Positions 58,789 to 64,000 of a DNA stretch of 64,000 nucleotides are shown here, piece by piece. The stretch's first letter is position 1; each line of letters begins with the position of its first letter. The DNA lies in contig CM060733.1 in NCBI GenBank assembly GCA_030704615.1, positions 61,938,001-62,002,000 of the forward strand. The letters run 5' to 3'. The position numbers and the translations under genes were made by a program. The DNA comes from Takakia lepidozioides. Its lineage: Eukaryota; Plantae; Bryophyta. The notes under the pieces were generated by a model. That model saw only the letters and a program-made list of their open reading frames with translations, made no database searches and had not been told where the DNA came from.

Positions 58789-60661
58789 ATGCCTCTTTTG
58801 GCACTTCTGGGGCATGTGAAGATACTTTGTGCGGCAGGCAGACTGACAGAGGCTCTACAGACTTTAAACCAAGGAGGCATTTCAGCAGATTCAGATACGT
58901 ATGTCTGTCTCTTGCTTAAGTGCATCAAGATGGATGGTCTGGAAGCTGGAAAGCAGGTGCACACCACATTATCCTAAGTGGATTCACGCCAAATGTTTTT
59001 CTACTCAACACCCTTGTCAACATGTATGTTAAGTACGAGAGCATCATGGATGCTCACCAAGTGTTCAACAGAATGCCTCAACATCTTTGATCACGTGGAA
59101 TATAATGTTGGCAGGATTTACCAAGCATGGGTGTGGTAGGAATGCTTTGGACACCTATGAGAAAATGTTGCGCGAAGGGGTGAAGCCCAACCACATCACA
59201 TTTGTTTGTATTTGCAATGCGTGTGTAAGCCTGGGAGCTCTGGAAAAGGGGAAAGAGGTCCATGGTGACATCGTCAAAGCTGGAATTGTACCAGTTGTCA
59301 TTTTTAACACTACCCTAGTGGACGTGTATACCAAATGTGGGTGCAATAAAGATGCAAAGGCAGTTTTCAACAATATGGCTGAACGAGATGTGGTATCATG
59401 GAACGTGATGCTTGCAGGGTATGCACAACAGGGACGCGGGATGGAGGCTTTGGAGACCTAATGGTGGAAGGGGTGAAGCCCGACCACATCACGTTTGTGT
59501 GTGTTTGCAGTGCATGTGCAAGCCTGCCCTGGAAAATGGCAAAGATATGCATGGTTGCATCACCAAAGCTGGAATTGTACCAGATATGATTCTGAACAAT
59601 AACCTCGTGGACATGTATGCAAAATGTGGATGCATCAAGGATGCGGAGGGAGTGTTCGACAGTATGGCTGAACAAAATGTGGTGTCGTGGAACGCAAGAT
59701 ATGCCTAGTAGAAAAATTCTAGGCTGTCATTGTCAGCTGCTAGCAGCAAGGCAATGATATATGCATGATTTGTGCAGAGGCATGGATAGCTGAAGGAGCA
59801 GGGATACAGAGTGGGTCCAGATTCATCCAAGAGGGCCAGATTTCAAGCACAAAATTACCTATGATTCCCTGTGGATCAATAGCTACAAGAAACCTGCATG
59901 GGTAGATGGTCAACTGGAAGCCGCAGCAGCAGTGGCACAATTGATCAAATCAGGCACTGCTAATGAAGACACCTTCTTCAACACATTTCACCCTGTTTTC
60001 CCCTCTTATCAGAATCAGCCCTAAATTTCCATATTGAATTCTGCAAGTTAGCTGGTTAGTGAATCTAGTTTGGAGTGACTTGGACATGATACTGCCAATG
60101 TCACAACATGAAAGTATCCAAAAATAGGTAACAGAGATGAGGAGAAGCAGTGGAATGAATACTTTTCTGACCCCAGTTAGTGGTGGGACAACCGAGGCAA
60201 AAAGGTGAATGCGTGTCAGATTACCAGATGTCATTTTGAACACTGCCCTGGTGGACATGTATGCCAAATATGGGTGCATTGAGGATGCAAAGGGAGTGTT
60301 CAACACTATGGCTGAATGAGATGTGGTGTTGTGGAGTGCGATGCTTGCAGGGTATGCACAGCAGGGGCGCGGGATGGAGGCTTTGGAGACCTATGAGCAA
60401 ATGATGGGGGAAGGGGTGAAGCCCGACCACATCACGTTTGTGTGCGTTTGCAGTGAGTGTGCAAGCCTGGCAGCCCTGGAAAAGGGCAAAGAGGTGCATG
60501 GTTGCATCACCAAAGCTGGACTTGTACCAGATGTGATTCTGAACAATACCCTTGTGAACATGTATGCCAAATGTGGGAGCATTGAGGGCATCCTGAAAGC
60601 TGGAATTGTATCAAATGTCATTCTGTACCATGCTCTTGTGGACCCATCTCTCATGCTCTGA
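58789..60661 (+). pseudogene. PLS-class pentatricopeptide repeat pseudogene
   Basis: Repeats of LVDMYAKCG..DA..VF..M.ERDVVSWN.MLAGYAQQG, EGVKPDHITFV and GKEVH; multiple stops and frameshifts plus an inserted block. Confidence 0.9.
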
Positions 60662-60799
60662 ATTTCTTTGGGACATTAACCGCATTACATACATGGTGGA
60701 CCCTGGTTTTTTAGTTGTGTCTGGCCCAGACTTTACATCATGATGAAAACTTGATAAGTGGAAATGTTGTGCACATGGCTTAGTGTATGTCCTGCAACG

Positions 60800-63290
60800 A
60801 CGCTACCACGTGAGCTCATGCTATGCTGACATGGCGCGAGCGTAGGGGACCAGCAACTGATGTGGCGTGAGCGTCGGCTCACGCTGACGTGACGTGAGCG
60901 TGAGGGTGATGTGGCATGAGCGTGCTGACATGGCAGTGAACAACATGATGTGGCAGTCAACATGCCTACATGGCCGTCCACGTGGGATTCGGCCAACGTG
61001 GCGGACGCCATGTCAACAGAAACATGTAGCGCCTATAGCCGAGGGACCTATTGCCGTGACATTCATTCAGGGTAAATAGAATACGAAAACACTGGAAATG
61101 GGAAACCAGAAACATGTCGACGCATGCTTATCCATCCCATTTATTTTGCATTGATCACACTATTAAAATGGCACACATTCCTCAGTCGTGGAAATTGCAT
61201 TGAACGAAAGTCAGCTTCTTCCTATGTGCTTCTATCCTGCTGCATAAGTGTATTCACCTCGTTGAAACTCATGGTGGCCTGGTGAATGAAGATGTCGTGT
61301 TTGGGATCACAAATCATTCTGTTCAAGAAGATAAAATAAAGATGCTTGCAGGGTACAAATTTGCCTCTCTTTCCCAAACTTGTTGAAAGCATGCCAACAA
61401 AATCAGGACAGGTGCAGTTGGGGAAATTTGAAACTATGATGTCGTAGAATCTATCATGGATAGCAGATGTAGAGGTCATCATAGTGTAGATCCGACCATA
61501 CTCGGGATCTGCAACTTCCGTAGTGCCTGCAACACGTCCTAGAAGCATTCGAGCGGATTCCACCTTGCCGAAGTGCTCGGCAGTTGGAGGGAAACGACGT
61601 ACTACCTTCCCATTTCTTTTTGTTGGCCATGCATCTGGGTTGGCTGGTGGCACTCTAGAACTTCCTGAAGTGGAAGCACTTGCACGCACAGAGGCTTCTC
61701 GCTGAAGGGAGAACCATGCCTCCTCCAACATTGCAATCTCCTGACTTGTGAGATGTGTCCCCACCTTGACAGGCCAAACGCTCGGTGGAGGAGGCTTCAT
61801 GACCACTGATGGTTGCACGGTCCCACGCACGCACCTACCACAGTCATCAGCGCAGAACCATAATTTGTGGTTCTTCGCCTCTGGCTACCCGTAAGGCTGG
61901 AACAAACCGGTGAAGGTCGGTGCCGGAGTGCAGGCATTGCCTCTGGATATAAAGGACTTGCACTTCTCACGATTGGTGGCTCTAATTGCGGAGCACTTCA
62001 CTCGAGACCCAGCTCTAGTGCGTTCTATGTGCCACACTTCGTCGGAGCAGGTGGACTCCACCACAGGCGAGAGCACACTGGACTCATTGACAGTGGGAGA
62101 TGTTGGCGTACTTTGTGAGAAACGTTGCTCCGCACTGGATATTCCAGAGACAAACCTCTCATGCAATGGAACATGCGGAATGGAGAAGTTGTCCCTATGC
62201 GAGTCTGCATCCGACCCAGGAAGGGTGTTCAATTTCCGTTTACAGGACCCGAATCTCTCTTCGCCCTCCAAATGGGGAACTCTGGACACCAGAGGATTTT
62301 CCTCCGCACACATGCTGACAACTCTGGCAATCTTGTTTGGATCCCCCGATCTTTTTGCAGCTCGCAACATCAACTCAGACTTGTCAGGGCCTTTGCCACC
62401 AACGCCACCCCTTAAGAAATCGCGATATCTCGTTTGTTGCTGCAGAGCTCGGATGAGATCATTTGCCGTCGCCAGATACAAATCCCGCCCCCGCTTTCCA
62501 GACTACTGCAACCATGCATTGTGCACTGTCTCTGCTAGATTGCAAGAGGGCATGTCCGCCATCTCCTCAATTGACAAGTGCTGCAGAAAGGAAAAACACA
62601 CATAAGAACAAACAGGTACACCCCACGACAGCAGACATGATTGGAAATGCATACAAAGCCAATGAGAATTCATGATCTGAAATTCAGGTACTGTTGTCAT
62701 GCATGCTCCCCATTGTCTATACCGGAAGTGTCAAAATGCTAGCCAGTCTTCCAGCGCTCTCATACTGTCTTCTGATACAGCCCCAGATGAGAACCACCAG
62801 GCACGAATTGACTGGAACAAAGTATTCGTCTCCACCATGCTTTTGGAATCTTTGTACTGTTTGCATGGCTTAAGATTAATCGGCCGCATGTCCGGTTTGA
62901 TGTCTGCCTTGGTATGTTTCTCAAGGGACTGCGTCCAATGGAAAAGACATGTTCGCTCTCTTCTTGGCATTGGCACTTTTGGATCTCCTGAACCTTGTTT
63001 GCAGAACTTGCAAACGATAGTGTTGGAGCTTGGAGGTGCTTCACCGGGTTTGAATAGATTTTCGGCGACACCCTCCCACTCGCACTGGTTGTGAACCTTC
63101 AACTACTGGAAATGCCTACAATTCAAATTCTCTTCATGGGGAACATAATATACCTGGATAATCATGCATTGTCCAAAGCAATACGCCTCTCATATGAAAA
63201 GATTGTCCGGCCATAGGGTCAAGTGAAGCATCCAATGCCGAGACCCCCCTCCATAGCTCCTTAAGTTCATCAACTAGAGGTCGCAAGTAC
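60800..63290 (-). mobile_element. MULE family M2 copy b: internally deleted transposase pseudogene (61222-~63290) with subterminal motifs at 60800-61050
   Basis: Homologous to 43141-45387; SWIM CTC..PCKH; intron 62581-62691; a deletion at ~62995 joins the zinc domain (CKFCKQ) directly to GSGDPKVPM and removes the first two catalytic aspartates. Confidence 0.85.
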
Positions 63291-64000
63291 GTGTCCATGT
63301 TTGCCACTTGTTTTTTCCCTATGAGACATTCACATCATTATTTCAATGCTCCACCAATATGCAAATTATACTACATAATGAATTACACGTCTTACTCCAT
63401 GATTATGTCACTCATCAATCTTGCATCCGAATTGCGCCAGAGATCATAAGATTAATGGAATCCATATCATGTTGGCTGCCATTGTACCAGGTGAGTGTTC
63501 TCATTTCATGCTTATTATTCCCTTGGACTCAACAAATACGTACTTTAGGTGTACTAGTACAGGAGAAATATGCATTGTATAGGTTTAGATATACACGAAG
63601 TATATGCTGACCCAAGGTCAACTAGGGTTAGTTAGGGGACATGAGACATGACTCATGTTTTTCATCCAAGTCCCTGGATGGGAATCTTATCCAGATCTTA
63701 AGCCCGGGCTATAGAATCTGCCCGGGCGAGAGAATCTTTATAAGAATATTTGAGTATTTTGGCCTGGGCTAGAGAATATTCTAACAAATTTTAGAATCTT
63801 ATGCCCGGGGTAGAGAATCTTGTCCCAGGCTTTTGGAATATTTACTTAGTATGGCCTTTTTGGGATTCCGTACCCGCTGTCAGGTCCGGGTCGCCTTAAG
63901 CCACACAAATTTCAGAGGCCAAGTAATACAGTAGAACTGCCCGGGGAGTTGAATGCTCTGACACCCCCGTCAGTCATGTGTGGCAGTTCATGTAGTGATG

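Overview
Eukaryotic land-plant DNA, probably a non-seed plant such as a bryophyte. This is inferred from spliceosomal introns, a PLS-type PPR remnant, COPT and AG-peptide genes, and the LTR lineages present. About 85% of the window is a nested transposon cluster. (1) A large two-gene Mutator-like (MULE) element spans about 1-13732. It carries a GCM-like/DDE/SWIM transposase on + and, divergently on -, a spliced gene with a ParB/Sulfiredoxin-like domain (DGNHR). The two genes are separated and flanked by arrays of a 22-30 bp palindrome, GGATGGAAATYCGGCGCCGRATTTCCATCC. (2) Galadriel-like chromovirus remnants. (3) Five copies of a non-chromovirus Ty3/gypsy family, one full length and young (29334-42633, TSD AGGAG). 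It has an ORF that starts in the LTR and a 1404-aa extra 3' ORF, which is probably expressed by retrovirus-like splicing from an LTR donor. (4) Two further MULE families. (5) A small host-gene island at 54.3-60.7 kb (AG peptide, COPT copper transporter, PPR pseudogene). The most novel candidate is the ParB-like protein plus parS-like palindrome arrays inside a eukaryotic DNA transposon. All domain calls are by-eye motif recognition; no database searches were run.
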